Part shown: positions 1 through 16,669 of the stretch, piece after piece
How positions within the stretch are numbered: position 1 is the stretch's first letter
Layout: every line of letters starts with the position of its first letter
The notes under the pieces: model-generated
Seen by the model: the letters and a program-made list of their open reading frames with translations, nothing else
What the model was told of the DNA's origin: nothing
Database searches by the model: none
Program-made: the position numbers and the translations under genes
From: the human T2T-CHM13v2.0 reference genome, Homo sapiens
NCBI RefSeq assembly: GCF_009914755.1
Contig: NC_060929.1
Length of the DNA stretch: 64,000 bases
Reading direction: 5' to 3' (one strand)

Positions 1-1852
<1,852 letters not shown>

Positions 1853-1970
1853 GAGCATTTGTTTGGATATATATGTATTTGAGCATGTCATTTATTTTTA
1901 AATTTTTCACAACTTTGTTGGACATCTAGTAATAATTAAATACTTTTTAAATTTAAAAAAAAAAAAAAAA
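1853..1970 (+). other. Putative L1 3' transduction with second poly(A)
   Basis: About 100 bp of non-L1 sequence follows the first A-tail, with ATTAAA at 1935-1940 and a pure A16 at 1955-1970. Confidence 0.75.
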
Positions 1971-2125
1971 GAGATACAATTTCATTCTTTTGCATGTGAA
2001 TATCCAGTCTTCCTGACACCATTTATTGAAGAGACTATCCTTTCCCCATTGTGCCTTCTTAATGTCCTTGTTGAAAATTAATTGTTTGGATTTATTTTGG
2101 GGCTCTCTATTCTGTTCCATTGATA
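1971..2125 (-). mobile_element. Old L1 (L1M) ORF2 fragment, apparent target of the L1HS insertion
   Basis: ttcattcttttgcatgtgaatatccag...caccatttattgaagagactatcctttccccattg is a degenerate antisense L1 ORF2 segment. Confidence 0.8.
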
Positions 2126-3624
2126 ACTTTTCTTATTTTCTTATAGAGTTATGAAAGCTCTTGGCTATAAAACAGAATAGCTAAAATTTAAAAATCACTA
2201 ATAGTAGGATTAATTAGATACTGGCCCTACAGCTAAGAAAACAGTGTGAAAAAATGGCACTAAAGTTTTACAAGTTGTCCAAATGCCAAAGTAAAATTAA
2301 TTAATGCTAGTCTAATCAGATACCTTTCACATAATGTACTTTTCATATCCAGCCCAAAATTTAAATATAAAAAATATAGCCTCCCAGAACTAATACCAAT
2401 AATTCAATTATAGTAAAATAATGTATTTTTCTTATTTTCCATTATTTTAGATTCAGGAGGTACATGTGCAGGTTTGTTACATGGATATATTGCATAATGG
2501 TGGGGTTTGAACTTCTAGTGAATCTATCACCGAAGAGTAAACATTGTACCAAATAAGCAATTTTTCAATCCTCATCCCTCTCCCAGACTTCCCCCTTCTG
2601 GAGTTCCCAGTGTCTATTATTTCTATCTTTATGTCCATGTGTACCCATTGTTTAGATCCCACTTATAAGTGAGAACATGTGGTATTTGATTTCCTGTTTC
2701 TGAGTTATTTCACTTAGGATAATGGCCTCCAGCTCCATCCATGTTGCTGCAAAGGACATGATTATATTCTTTTTTTATGGTTGCATAGTATTCTATGGTA
2801 TATATATTCCAAATGCTCTTTATCCAATCAACCACCAATGGACACTTATGTTGATTCCGTGACTTCACTATTGTGACTAGTACTGAGATAAACATATGAG
2901 TGCAGGTGTCTTTTTGAGAAAATAACTTATTTTCCTTTGGGTGGACACCCAGTGGTGAGATTGCTGAGTTGATTGTAGTTGTATTTTTAGTTATTTGAGA
3001 AATCTCCATATGGTCTTGCATAGGATTTGAACGAATTTTTATTTCCACCAACAGTGTACAAGCATCCCCCTTTTTCTGCTTCCTCACCAATATCTATTGG
3101 GGATTTGTCTTTTTGTTTGTTTGGTTTTTGGTTTTTGGTTTTTTTTTGTTTTTTTTTTTTTTTACTAATAGGCATTCTGACTAATGTGAGATGGCATCTC
3201 ATTGCGATTTTCATTTGCATTCTTCTGATGATTAGTGATGTCGAGCATTTTTAATTTTTTTTTTTGGCCACTTGTATGTCTTCTTTCGAGAAGTGTCTGT
3301 TTGTGTCTTTTGCCCACTTTTTAAGAGGGTTGTTTTTTTCTTGTTGACTTGAGTTCCTTATAGATTCGAGATATTAGTCCTTTGTCAGATGCATAGTTTG
3401 CAAATATTTCCTACATTCTCTAAATTGTCTCTTTACTCTGTTGGTTGCTCTTTTACTGTTCAGAAGCTCTTTAGTTTAATTAAGTTCCATTTGTCAATTT
3501 TTGGTTTGTTGCATTTGTTTTTGAGGTCTTAGTCATAAATTCCTTGCCTAGGCCAACGTCCAGAAGAGTTTTTCCTGTTTTCTTCTAAGATTTTGATAGC
3601 TTCAGGTCTTACATCTAAGTCTTT

Positions 3625-3627
<3 letters not shown>

Positions 3628-3670
<43 letters not shown>

Positions 3671-3685
3671 TATACACATATATAC
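3628..3685. repeat. (TA)n microsatellite occupying the L1PA7 poly(A) tail position
   Basis: atatatat...tacatatatatacacatatata lies between the TSD and the L1 3' end. Confidence 0.95.
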
Positions 3686-6024
3686 TTTAAGTTCTGGGTT
3701 ACGTGTGCAGAACGTGCAGTTTTGTTACATAGGTATACACGTGCCATGGTGGTTTGCTGCACCCATCAACCCATCACCTACATTAGGTATTTTCCCTAAT
3801 GTTATCTCTCCCCTAGCCCCCAACCGCCAACAGGCCTTCGTGTGCAATATTCCCCTCCCTGTGTCCATGTGTTCTCATTGTTCAACTCCCACTTATGAGT
3901 GAGAACATACAGTGTTTGGTTTTCTGATCTTGTGATAGTTTCCTGAGAATGATGATTTCCAGCTTCATCCATGTCCCTGCAAAGGACATGAACTCATCCT
4001 TTTTTATGGCTGCATGGTGTTCCATGGTGTATATGTGCCACATTTTCTTAATCCCGTCTATCGTTGATGGACATTTGGGTTGGTTCCAAGTATTTGCTAT
4101 TGTGAATATTGCTGTAATAAACATACATGTGCATGTGTCTTTATCATAGAATGATTTATAATCCTTTGGGTATATACCCAGTAACAGGATTGCTTGGTCA
4201 AATGGCATTTCTGGTTCTAGATCCTTGAGGAATCCCCACACTGTCTTCTATAATGGTTGAACTAATTTACACTCCCACCCACAGTGTAAAAAGTTTCTAT
4301 TTCTCCACATCCTCTCCAGTATCTGTTGTTTCCTGACTTTTTAATGATCACCATTCTAACTGGTGTGAGATGGTATCTCATTGTGGTTTTGATTTGCATT
4401 TATCTAATGACCAGTGATGATGAGCATTTTTTCATATGTCTGTTGGCTGCATAAATGTCTTCTTTGGAGAAGTGTCTGTTTATATCCTTTGCCCATTTTT
4501 TGATGGGGTTGTTTTCTCCTTGTAAGTTTGTTTAAGTTCTTTGTAGATTCTGGATATTAGCCCTTCGTCAGGTGGATAGATTGCAAACATTTTCTCCCAT
4601 TCTGTAGGTTGCCTGTTCACTCTGATGATAGTTTCCTTTGCTGGGCAGAAGCTCTTTAGTTTAATTAGATCTTATTTGTCAATTTTGGCTTTTGGTGCCA
4701 TTGCTTTTGGTGTTTTAGACATGAAGTCTTTGCCCATGCCTGTGTCCTGAATGGTATTGCCCAGGTTTTCTTCTAGGATTTTTATGGTTCTAGGTCTCAC
4801 ATTTAAGTCTCTGATCTATCTTGAGTTGATTTTTGTAAAAGGTGTAAGGAAGGGGTCCAGTTTCAGTTTTCTGCATATGGCTAGCCAGTTTTCCCATCAC
4901 CATTTATTAAACAGGGAATCATTTCCACATTGCTTCTGTGTGTCAGGTTTGTCAAAGATCAGATGGTTGTAGCTGTGTGGCATTATTTCTGAGGCCTCTG
5001 TTTTGGTACCTGTACCATGATGTTTTGGTTGCAGTAGCCTTGTAGTATACTTGATGTCAGGTAGCATGATGCCTCCAGCTGTGTTCTTCTTGCCCAGGAT
5101 TGCCTTGGCAACGCAGGCTCTTTTTTAGTTCCATATGAAGTTTAAAGTAGTTTTTTCTAATTCTGTGAAGAAAATCAGTGGTAGCTTGATGGCGATAGCA
5201 CTGAATTTATAAATTACTTTGGGCAGTAAGGCCATTTTCACAATATTGATTCTTCCTATCTATGAGCATGGAATATTTTTCCATTTGTTTGTGTCCTCTC
5301 TTATTTCCTTGAGCAGTGGTTTGTAGTTCTCCTTGAAGAGGTCCTTCATCTCCCTTGTAAGTTGTATTTCTAGGTATTGTATTCTCTTAGTAGCAATTGT
5401 GAATGGGAGTTCACTAATGATTTGGCCCTCTGTTTGTCTGTTATTGGTGTATAGGAATGCTTGTGATTTTTGCACATTGATTTTGTATCCTGAGACTTTG
5501 CTGAAGTTGCTTATCAGCTTAAGGAGATTTTGGGCTGAAACGATCGGGTTTTCTAAATATACAATCATGTCATCTGCAGAGAAAATTTGCTTCCTGTCTT
5601 CCTATTTAAATACTCTTTATTGCTTTCTCTTGCCTGATTGCCCTGGCCAGAACTTCCGATACTATGTTGAATAGGAGTGGTGAGAGAGGGCATCCCTGTC
5701 TTGTGCCAGTTTTCAAAGGGAATGCTTCCAGTTTTTGCCCATTCAGTATGATATTGGCTGTGGGTTTGTCATAAATAGCTCTTGTTATTTCGAGACATGT
5801 TCCATCGATACCTAGTTTACTGAGAGTTTTTAGCATGAAGGCGTGTTGAATTTTACTGAAGGCCTTTTCTGCATCTATTGAGATAATTGTGTGTTTTTTC
5901 TCATTGGTTCTGTTTATGTGATGGATTACATTTATTGATTTGCATATGTTGAACCAGCCTTGCATCCCAGGATAAAGCCAACTTGATCATGTTGGATAAA
6001 CTTTTTGATGTGCTGCTGGATTCA

Positions 6025-6168
<144 letters not shown>

Positions 6169-9100
6169 TTAGTTTCTATTGTTTGGAATAGTTTCCGAAG
6201 GAATGGTACCAGCTCGTCTTTGTACCTCTGGTAGAATTTGGCTGTGAATCAGTCTGGTCCTGGACTTTTTTTGGTTGGTAGGCTATTAATTACTGCCTCA
6301 ATTTCAGAACTTGTTATTAGTCTGTTCAGGGATTCAACTTCTTCCTGGCTTAGACTTGGGAGGGTGTATGTGTCCAGGAATCTATCCACTTCTTATGGAT
6401 TTTCTAGCTTATTTGCATAGATATGTTTTTGTATTTTCCGATGGTAGTTTGTATTTCTGTGGGATCAGTGGTGATATCTCCTATATCATTTTTTAATGCG
6501 TCTATTTGATTCTTCTCTCTTTTCTACTTTATTAGTCTGGCTAGCAGTCTATTTTGTTTTTTATTTTTGTTTGTTTGTTTTTTCAAAAAACCATTTCCTG
6601 GATTCACTGATATTTTGAAGTGCTTTTCGTGTCTCTGTCTCCTTCAGTTCTGCTCTGATCTTAGTTATTTCATGTCTTCTGCAAGCTTTTGAATTTGTTT
6701 GCTGTTTCTTTTCTAGTTTTTTTAATTTTGATGTTAGGGTGTCAATTTTAGATCCTTCCTGCTTTCTCCTGTGGGCATTTAGTGCTATAAATTTCCCTCT
6801 AAACACTGCTTTAAATGTGTTGCAGAGATTCTGGTACATTGTGTCTTTGTTCTCATTGGTTTCAAAGAACATCTTTATCTCTGCCTTCATTTCGTTACGT
6901 ACCCAGTACTCATTCAGGAGCAGGTTATTCAGTTTCCACGTATTTGTATGGTTTTGAATGAGTTTCTTAATCCTGAGTTCTAATTTGTTTGTACTGTGGT
7001 CTGAGAGACTGTTTGTTATGATTTCGTTTCTTTCGCATTTGTTGAGGAGTGTTTTATTTCCAATTATGTGGTCAATTTTAGAATAAGTGCAATGAGGTGG
7101 TGAGAAGAATGTATCTTCTGTTGATTTGGGGTGGAGAGTTCTGTAGAGGTCTATCGGGTCCACTTGCTCCAGAGCTGAGTTCAAGTCCTGAATATCCTTG
7201 TTAATTTTCTGTCTTGTTGATCTGTCTAATACTGACAGTGGGGTGTTAAAGTATCCCACTATTATTGTTTGGGAATCTAAGTCTCTTTGTAGGTCTCTAA
7301 GAACTTGCTTTATGAATCTGGGTGCTCCTGTATTGGGTGCATATATATTAGGATAGTAGCTCTTCTTGCTGCATTGTTCCCTTTACCATTATGTAATGCC
7401 CTTCTTTGTCTCTTTTGATCTTTGTTGGTTTAAAGTCTATTTCAGAGATTAGGATTGCAACTCCTGCTTTTTTTATGCTTTCCATTTGCTTGGTAAATAT
7501 TCCTCCCTCCCTTTATTTTGAGCCTATGTGTGTCATTGCACTGCACACGAGATGAGTCTCCTGAATACAGCACACTGATGGGTCTTGACTCTTTATCCAA
7601 TTTGCCAGTCTCTGTCTTTTAATTGGGGCATTTAGTCAGCTTACATTTAAGGTTAATATTGTTATGTGTGATTTTGATCCTGTCATTATGATGCTAGCTG
7701 GTTGTTTTGCCCATTAGTTAATGCAATTTCTTCATAGTGTCAATGTTTTTTACAATTTGGTATGTTTTGGCAGTGTCTGGTACCAGTTGTTCCATTCCAT
7801 GTTTGGTGCTTCCTTTAGGAGTTCTTGTAAGGGAGGTCTGGTGGTGACAAAATCCCTCAGCATTTGCTTGTCTGTAAAGGATTTTATTTCTCCTTCACTT
7901 CTGAAGCTTAGTTTGGCTGGATATGAAATTCTGGGTTGAAAATTCTTTTCTTTAAGAATGTTGAATATTGGCCCCCACTCTCTTCTGGCTTGTAGGGTTT
8001 CTGCAGAGAGATCTGCTGTTAGTCTGATGGGTTTCCCTTTGTAGGTAAACTGACCTTTCTCCCTAGCTGCCCTTAACATTTTTTCCTTCATTTCAACCTT
8101 GGTGAATCTGACAATTATGTGTCTTGGGGTTGCTCTTCTCGAGGATTATCTTTGTGGTTTTCTCTGTATTTCCTGAATTTGAATGTTGGCCTTTCTTGCT
8201 AGGTTGGGGAAGTTCTCCTGGATAATATCCTGAAGAGTGTTTTCCAACTTGGTTCCTTTCCCACCGTCACTTTCAGGTACACCAATCAAATGTAGATTTT
8301 GTCTTTTCACATAATCCTATATTTCTTGGAGGCTTTGTTCATTCCTTTTTATTCTTTTTTCTCTAATCTTGTCTTTCTTTATTTCATTAACTTGATCTTC
8401 AATCACTGATATCCTTTCTTCCACTTGATCGAATCGGCTAATGATACTTGTATATTCTTCACAAACTTCTCGTGCTGTGTTTTTCAGCTCCATCAGGTCA
8501 TTTATGTTCTTCTCTACATTGGTTATTCTAGTTAGCAATTTGACTAACCTTTTTTCAAGGTTCTTAGCTTCCTTGCATTGGGTTAGAACATGCTCCTTAG
8601 CTCAGAGTTGTTAGTTATTACCCACCTTCTGAAGCCTACTTCTGTCAGTTTGTCAAACTTATTCTCCATCCAGTTTTGTTCCCTTGCTGGCAAGGAGTTG
8701 TGATCCTTTGGAAGAGGAGAGATGTTCAAGTTTTTGGAATTTTCAGCCTTTTTGCACTGGTTTTTCCCCATCTTTGTGGATTTATCTACTTTTGGTCTTT
8801 GATGTTGGTGACCTTTGGATGGGGTCTTTGAGTGGATGTGCTAATCCTTTCTGTTTGTTTTTTTCCTTCTAATAGTCAGGCATCTCTGCTGCCAGTCTGC
8901 TGGAGTTTGCTGGAGGTCCACTCCCGATCCTGTTTGCCTGAGTATCACCAGTGGAGGCTGCAGAGCAGCAAAGATTGCTGCCTGTTCTTTCCTCTGGAAG
9001 CTTTGGCCCAGCATTGCACCTGCCAGATGCCAGCCAGAGCTCTCCTGTATGAGATGTCTGTTGGCCCCAAATGGGTGGTATCTCTCAGTCAGTATACACG

Positions 9101-9612
9101 GGGGTCATTGACCCACTAGAGGAGGCAGACTGACCCTTAGCAGAGCTCATACGCTGTGCTAGGATGTTTGCTGCTCTCTTCAGAGCCATCAGGCAAGGAC
9201 GTTTAAGTCTGCTATAAGCCCCTGACTGGGGCTGCTGCCTTTTTTACAGAGATGCCCTGCCCAGAGACAAACAATCTGGCAGTCTGGCCACAGCAGCCTT
9301 GTTGAGCTGCAGTGAGCTCCACCCAGTTTGAACTTCCCAGTGGCTTTGTTTACACTGTGGCTGTAAAACCACCTACTCAAGCCTCAGAAATGGCGGATGC
9401 CCCTCCCCCCACCAAGCTCCACAATCCCGGGTGGATCTCAGGTTGCTGCTGTGCTGGTAGTGAGAATTTCAAGCCAGTGGATCTTAGTTTCCTGTGCTTC
9501 GTGGGGGTGGGACCTGCCAAGCCAGATCACTTGGCTCCCTGGCTTCATCCCCCCTTTCCAGGGGAGTGAACAGTTATGTCTTGCTGGTATTACAGGCACC
9601 ACTGGGGTATGG

Positions 9613-9657
9613 CAAACAAACAAACAAAAAACAACAACAACAACAACAACAACAAAA
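9613..9657. repeat. (CAAA)n/(CAA)n microsatellite in the L1 5'UTR
   Basis: caaacaaacaaacaaaaaacaacaacaacaacaacaacaacaaaa. Confidence 0.9.
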
Positions 9658-12461
9658 CTCCTGCAGCTAGTTCGGTGTCTGCCCACTTGGTCGCCCAGTT
9701 TTGTGCTTGAAACCCAGGGCCCTAGTGGGGTAGTCCCTGGAGAGAATCTCCTGGTTTGTGGGTTGTGAAGACTATGGGACAAGTGCAGTACCTGTGCCAG
9801 AGTTCCTCAGGCTCAGACCCTCATGGCTTTCCTTAGGTAGGAGGGAAAATTCCCTGACTCCCTCCACTTCTCAGATGAGGTGATGCCCCACCCTGCTTTG
9901 GCTCACACTTTGTGTGCTGCACCCACTGTCCAGCCAGTCCCAGTGAGATGAACTGTGTACCTCAGTTGGAAATTCAGAAATCACCCGCCTTCTGCATTGA
10001 TCTTGCTGGGAGCTGCAGACCAGTGCTGTTCCTATTCGGCCATCTTGAATCTCCTCCCACATCTAAGTCTTTAATCCATCTTTAGTTAATTTTTCTATAT
10101 GGTGATAAGTAGGGGGCCAGTTTCATGCTTCTGCATATAGCTAGCCAGTTTTCCCGGAACCATTCTTTGAATAAGGTTGTCATTTCCCCATTGCTTATTT
10201 ACATCAACTTTGTCAAAGATCAGTTGGTTGTAGGCATGTGAGTTTATTTCTGGATTCTCCATTCTGTTCCACTCATGTCTGTGTCTATTTTTGTACCAGT
10301 ACCAAGCCGTTTTGGTTACTATTGACTTGTGTAGTTTGAAGTCAAGTAATGTGATGCTTCTGGCTTTTTTCCTTTTACTTAGGGTTACTTTGGCTATTTG
10401 GACTGTTTTTGTGTTTCCATCTGAATTTTAGAATAGCGTTTTTCTAGTTATGTAAAAAATGACTTTGGTAACTTGATAGGAATGGTGTTGAATCTGTGGA
10501 TTTCTTTAGGCAATATGGGCATTTTAACAATATTTATTCTTTCGCTCCATTAACATGGAATGTTTTTTGTCATTTGTGATTTTTCATCAGTGTTTTGTTC
10601 TCCTTATAGAGGTATTTCACCTGCTTGGTTAAATGTATTCCTAGGTATTTTAATTTTTTATGGCTATTGCAAATGGAATTGAGTTCTTGATTTTGTTCAC
10701 AGACTGAGTATTGTTGGTACATAGAAGTGCAAATGATTTTTGTACACTAATTTTGAAGCCTGAAACTTCACTGAAGTCATTCATCAAATCTAGGGGTTTT
10801 ATGGAGGAATTTTTAGGGTCTTCTAGATAGAAGATTGCATCATCAGGAAACAGAGATAATTTGACTTCATCTTTTCCAATTTGGATGCTTTTATTTCTTT
10901 CTCTTGCCTGATTGCTCTGGCTAGAACTTCTGGTTGAATAGGAGTAGTGAGAGTAGACATCCTTGTCTCTTCCAGTTCTTAGAGGAATTGCTTTCAACAT
11001 TATCACATTCAGTTTGATGTTGGCTGTGAGTTTGTCATATATGGCTTTTATTATTTTGAGATATATTCCTTCAGTGCCTAGGTTGTTGAGGGTTTTCATC
11101 ATGAAGGAATGTTGAATTTTATCAAATGCCTTTTCTGCATTGATTGAGATGCAGATGATCATATGGTTTTTGTTTTTAATTCTGTTTATGTGATGAAACA
11201 CATTTATTTATTTGCATATTTTGAACCATCCTTGCATCCCTGAATAAAGCCCACTTGATTGTGATGGAGTGTCTTTTTGATGTGTTGTTGGATTTGGCTT
11301 GCTAGTATTTCAGTGAGGATTTTTGTTGCATCTATGTCCTGCAGGGATATTGGCCTGTCCCTCCTCCTTGGTTTCATGGAACTGTTTCAGTAATATTTTT
11401 GTCAGGTCTTCTTTGCATGTATAGTGAAATTTGACTGTTAATCTGTCCAGTCCAGGCCTTTTTCTTGTTGGTAGGTTTTTTTTAGTACTGATTCAATTTC
11501 ATTACTCATTATTGGTCTGTTCAGAATTTCTATTTCTCTGTAGTTTAATCATGGGAGGTGTTATGTTTCCAGGAATGAATCTATCTCTTCTAGGTTTTCT
11601 AGTTTGTGTACATAGAGATGTTCATAATAGTGTCTGATGATCTTTTGTATTTCTGTGGTGTCAGTTGTAACATCTGTCACCTTCACCATTTCCAATCATG
11701 CTTAATTGAATCTTCTCTCATTTTTTTCTTGATTAATCTAGTTAGTATTCTATTTTGTTTATTCTTTCAATGAACCAGCTTTTCATTTTGTTGAGTGTTT
11801 GTATTTTTTCTGGGGTGGGGGGTCTCAATTTTATTTAGTTCTGCTCAGATCTTTGTTATTCCTTTTCTTCCGCTAGCTTTGAGTTTGGCTTGCTCTTGTT
11901 TTTCCTAGTTCTTTGAGTTGTGAAATTAAGTCGTTAATTTGAGATCGTTCTGTCTTTTTGATGTAGACATTTAATGCTGTAAACCTTTCTCTTAACATTG
12001 CTTTTGCTCTATTCCAGAGGTTTTAGTATGTGGTATTTCTATTTTCATTTGTTTAAAAAAAGTTTGATTTCTGACAATTGTATTATTTACTCAAAAGTTT
12101 TTCAGGAGCAAGTTGATTGGTTTCTATGTACTCATGTGGTTTTGTGAGTTCCTTTTTGTTATTAAATTCTAATTTTATTTCATTGTGACCAAGAAGATAC
12201 TTCATATGATTTTGATTTTTTTTGCAGTTATTGAGAGTTGCTTAATGGCCAGGCATATAAATAATTTTAGAGAATGTTTTATGTGCAGATGAGAAAAATG
12301 TGTTCTGCTGTTGTTGAGTGGAATGTTCTGTAGATGTCTATTAGGTCCATTTGGTCAAAAGTCCAGTTTAAGTCCAGAGTTTCTTTGTTAATTTTCTGCC
12401 TTGATTGTCTGTCTAATGTAGTCAGAAGGGTTAAAGTCTTCCACTGTTATTGTATTGCTGT

Positions 12462-12849
12462 AGTATTGGTTCATTCTCACACTGCTATATTGAACTACCT
12501 GAGACTGGGTGATTTATGAAGAAAAGAGGTTTAATTGACTCACAGTTCTGCAGGCTTAACCAAAAGCATGGCTAGGAGGCCTCAGGAAATTTACAATCAT
12601 AGCAGAAGGCAAAGGGGAAGCCCACATATCCTACTACAGTGACGAAAGAGAGAGAAAGGGAGGGCACTACATTTTTAAACTGCCAGATCGCCTGAGAACT
12701 CTATGATGAGACAGCACTAGGGGAATGGTGCTAAACTATTAGAAATTGCTCCCATGATCTAATCACCCCCCACCAGATTTCTCCCCCAACACATGGGGGT
12801 TATAATTTGACATGAAATTTGGTTAAGAACACAAAGCCAAACCATTTCA
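12462..12849 (-). mobile_element. MaLR solo LTR (MSTA-like)
   Basis: Contains ctgagactgggtgatttatgaagaaaagaggtttaattgactcacagttc and ends ...aaagccaaaccatttca. 5-bp TSD GCTGT at 12457-12461 and 12850-12854. Confidence 0.9.
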
Positions 12850-14046
12850 GCTGTCTAGCTATTTTCTTAGATCTAGTAGTACTTGTTTTATAAGTCTGGG
12901 TGCTCTGGTGTTGGGTACATATATATTTAGGCTAAAGTTCCTTGTGGAATTGAATGTTTTATCATAATATAATGCTCTTCTTGTTGTACTGTCTTTGGGT
13001 TAAAGTCTATTTTATCTGATATAAGAATAGCAAACCCTGCTATTTTTTGTTTTCCATTTGCATGATATAAATTTTTTCTATCCTTTAATTTGAGCCTGTG
13101 AGTGTCTTTACACATTAGGTGGGTCTTTTATAGGCAGCAGATGGTTGGATCTTTTCTTGTATCCAATTTCCCAAACTTCATCTTTTAAGTGGAGAATCTA
13201 GGCCATTTATGTTCAAGGTTAATAAAGCTATGTGAGGTGATTTGTTGTTGTTGTTGTTTGTTTGTTTGCCACAGTGTTAGCTAGTAACTTTGTAGTCTCA
13301 ATTTTGTAATTGCTTTATAGAACCAATGAACATTGTATTTACATGTGCTTTTATGATACTAAGTATTCTTTCATTTCCATGTTTACAATTCTTTTGAGCA
13401 TTTCTTGTACGACTGGTCTAGTAGTGATGAATTCCTTTACTGTTTGCCTGTCTGGCAAATACTTTATTTCTCCTACATTTATGAAGCTTGGTTTGTCAGG
13501 ATATAAAATTCTTGGCTGAAATTTTTTTTCTTGGAAGCTGAAAATAGTTCCCAACCTCTTTAGACTATTGTTTCTGTTAAGAATTCAGCTGTTAGTCTGA
13601 TGAGATTTCCTTTGTAGTGATCTGACCCTTCTCTCTATCTGCTTTTAAGATTTTTTCTCTTTTTATGTTGGCCTTGGATAGTCATATGATTATATGCCTT
13701 GGTAACGTTTGCTTCGTGTAGTATCTCACAGATATTCTCTGAATTTCTTATATGTGGATGTCTACCTCTCTAGCAAGATCAGAGAAATTTTCCTGAATTA
13801 TTCTTTCAAATATGGTTTCCAAGTTGCTTACTTTTTCTTCTTCTTTCTCAGGGATGGCTACTAGTCAAAGGTCACTTTACATAATCCCATATTTCTCAAA
13901 GGCTTTGTCCCTTTTTAAAAATTATTTTTTCTTTATTTTTGTCTGACTGAGTTAGTTCAAAAGACTTGTCTTCAAGCTCTTAAATTCTTTCTTCTGCTTG
14001 GTCTATTGTTAAAGCTTTCATGTGTGTTTTAAAGTTACTTTAGTGA

Positions 14047-14374
<328 letters not shown>

Positions 14375-16669
14375 TGTTTGGGTTTTTTTTTTTTAAATAG
14401 CTGTATCATTTTTCATATTCTGAATTATTTTATCTGATTTATTTGTGTTGATTTTCAACTTTCTACTGGATCTTATTGAGCTTTCTTAAAAATCTATATT
14501 TTGAATTCTTTATCATTTTAGAATTTTCTTTTTTGTTAGGATCCATTGCTAGAAAGCTGATGCAATCCTTTGGAAGTGTCAAAATACTGTTTTTTTTGTA
14601 CTACCAGAGTTTTTGTGCTGATTTCTTCTCATCTAAAGGGGCTATTGCTTCTTATTTTTGTACATGCTATTGTTTAAATGGAAGTTTTTAACTTTTAATT
14701 TTTTTCCCTTGAGAGTATGCTCATGGTATAAATTGTGTATGATTACTTGGCTTAGTTTCTGGGTACTTTCAGTGGTTCCTTGGTTATGGAGAGCTTTTGC
14801 GGGATGGCATTTTCAAATGCTGCTTGTGGTAGCAATGTACTGGATGTATGAGCCAACACACTACCTTCTGCAGGGCTGAGCTGTAGAGGACTCAGGAAGG
14901 TTATCTCACCCACTAGCACTATGCCCTTCTGACAGCAGGTTTTTTATTTGATGCAGCAGTTTTTTTATTTGATGATGCAGTTCAGTCTTTATTCCAGGAG
15001 GTGATGATTAAGAGTAAGATCTGGTTCTCTTTTGGGCAGTTTGATGATGAGTGGAGGCTCCTGTCCTGATGGGGGATGGCAGGAAGAGATCATGATGGGG
15101 TGCACTGAGGTCTTGAGGGAAGGGGTGAAGGGTACAGTAGCTCCTTGTTTTGAGTAGACAGGAATGTGATCTGCTCCCTTATCATGACCCTGTCACAGGG
15201 TTCATGAACTTCAGCTCATACATTTTCCTTTGGCTCCCAGCCACAGTATGACTGAGGTCTGTGGAAATGCCCCTCTGGTGGCAACCACCAAAATGTCCTC
15301 AGGGCAGAGTCTCTTCCCTCAGTCTAGAACAGACAGTTCTGCAGCTTGTATGCCCTCTATTGCTGGAATGCTGCTTCTCTGCGTAGGGAGGGAGAGTGGG
15401 GCCCTGCCCTTCATGCAAGCCCAGGCAGGGTGGGATGTTTCAACAGGGGGTGTAGCCACCATGAAAATCACTGGAAAGTTCATATCCAAGTGCACTTAAG
15501 CCGGCCCTGAGAGGGGAAAGCCTCTATGTATCTGCAACAGTAGATGGAAAAGCAGGAGGTGACCCCTATTCCATATTTATTCCCAACCACCTTCAGCAAT
15601 CAGCATCACACCTGAATTTCCTTTGTCCCAAGGGGAGACTTTGGTGGACTGCACTACCCTCTCTTCTAGGGGTAGCCAGTACTGTGGACTAGATGTTTGG
15701 GAATCCTGTAGCTCCCCAGGGAGCAACTGGTCCCCTGCAGTGGCTAATGTCAGAGCAGGTTGTGGGATATATTTGCAGGGCATTTGGTAATGTGGCAACA
15801 CAAGGGCTAAGATTCCCCTAGCAGAGGAGTGGCCCACAGAGGTGCACAACCAGTATGGCACCTGCTGTCTCTCTTCCAGCCTGAGCAGTATGTGAGTGCA
15901 CCAGCATTAGCTGGCCACATGGTGCTCTGCCCCTGAGAAGTTCCCAAATTGCCACCAACAGCTTGCCTGGAGTTGCAAGCGCAGAGGGACTCCCTGAAAA
16001 CTTAGCAATCAGCAGTGTGTCCCAAGAGTGAGGGGGGCAGAGAGGCACCTTCACCTAAAATTTCTGCAAGATTCTGAGTTCCTCAAGGGTTAATCTCTGC
16101 CAACTCTTGCTGCTTTACTTTTCTGCATCCCAGCTTCTTCCCATAGGCTCTCAAATAGGTCCTGGCTGCCTTGCCTCAACTTTCCATTCAGATTAGTTAT
16201 CATTCACCTGCAACTTTGATCTTCTTTCTAAGGACTGCTGCCATGTGACATCCCTAGTCAACAATGTTAAGCAAAATAATATATTAATCTGAAATATATT
16301 ATAACTACATTGACATTATTTGAAACATTAAGCTCTCATTGTAAAGACATAAAATTTTTTCTCAAAGTGATATATTCTATATTCCATAAAAATAATTTAT
16401 AAAAGAAAAAAGAAATAAGAGGTGCTTCCCAGAGTGTGTGCATGTGTAGGGAGACATAGCTAGGAAGAGAGAGCCCTAAGGTACAGCTTAAGAGTGCTAA
16501 GTGAGAGAAGGGAAAGATGGGATAAATGACAAAGAGAGGGGAATATTCCATTCAATCTTGGGCTCCTTCATCACATCACCTAGCTTTATCCCAGCCATTA
16601 GGTGGTAGGATCTGGACAAAAAATATCAGGAAAAAAAATGACCAAAAGAGAAGAAAGGATATGAACCTG

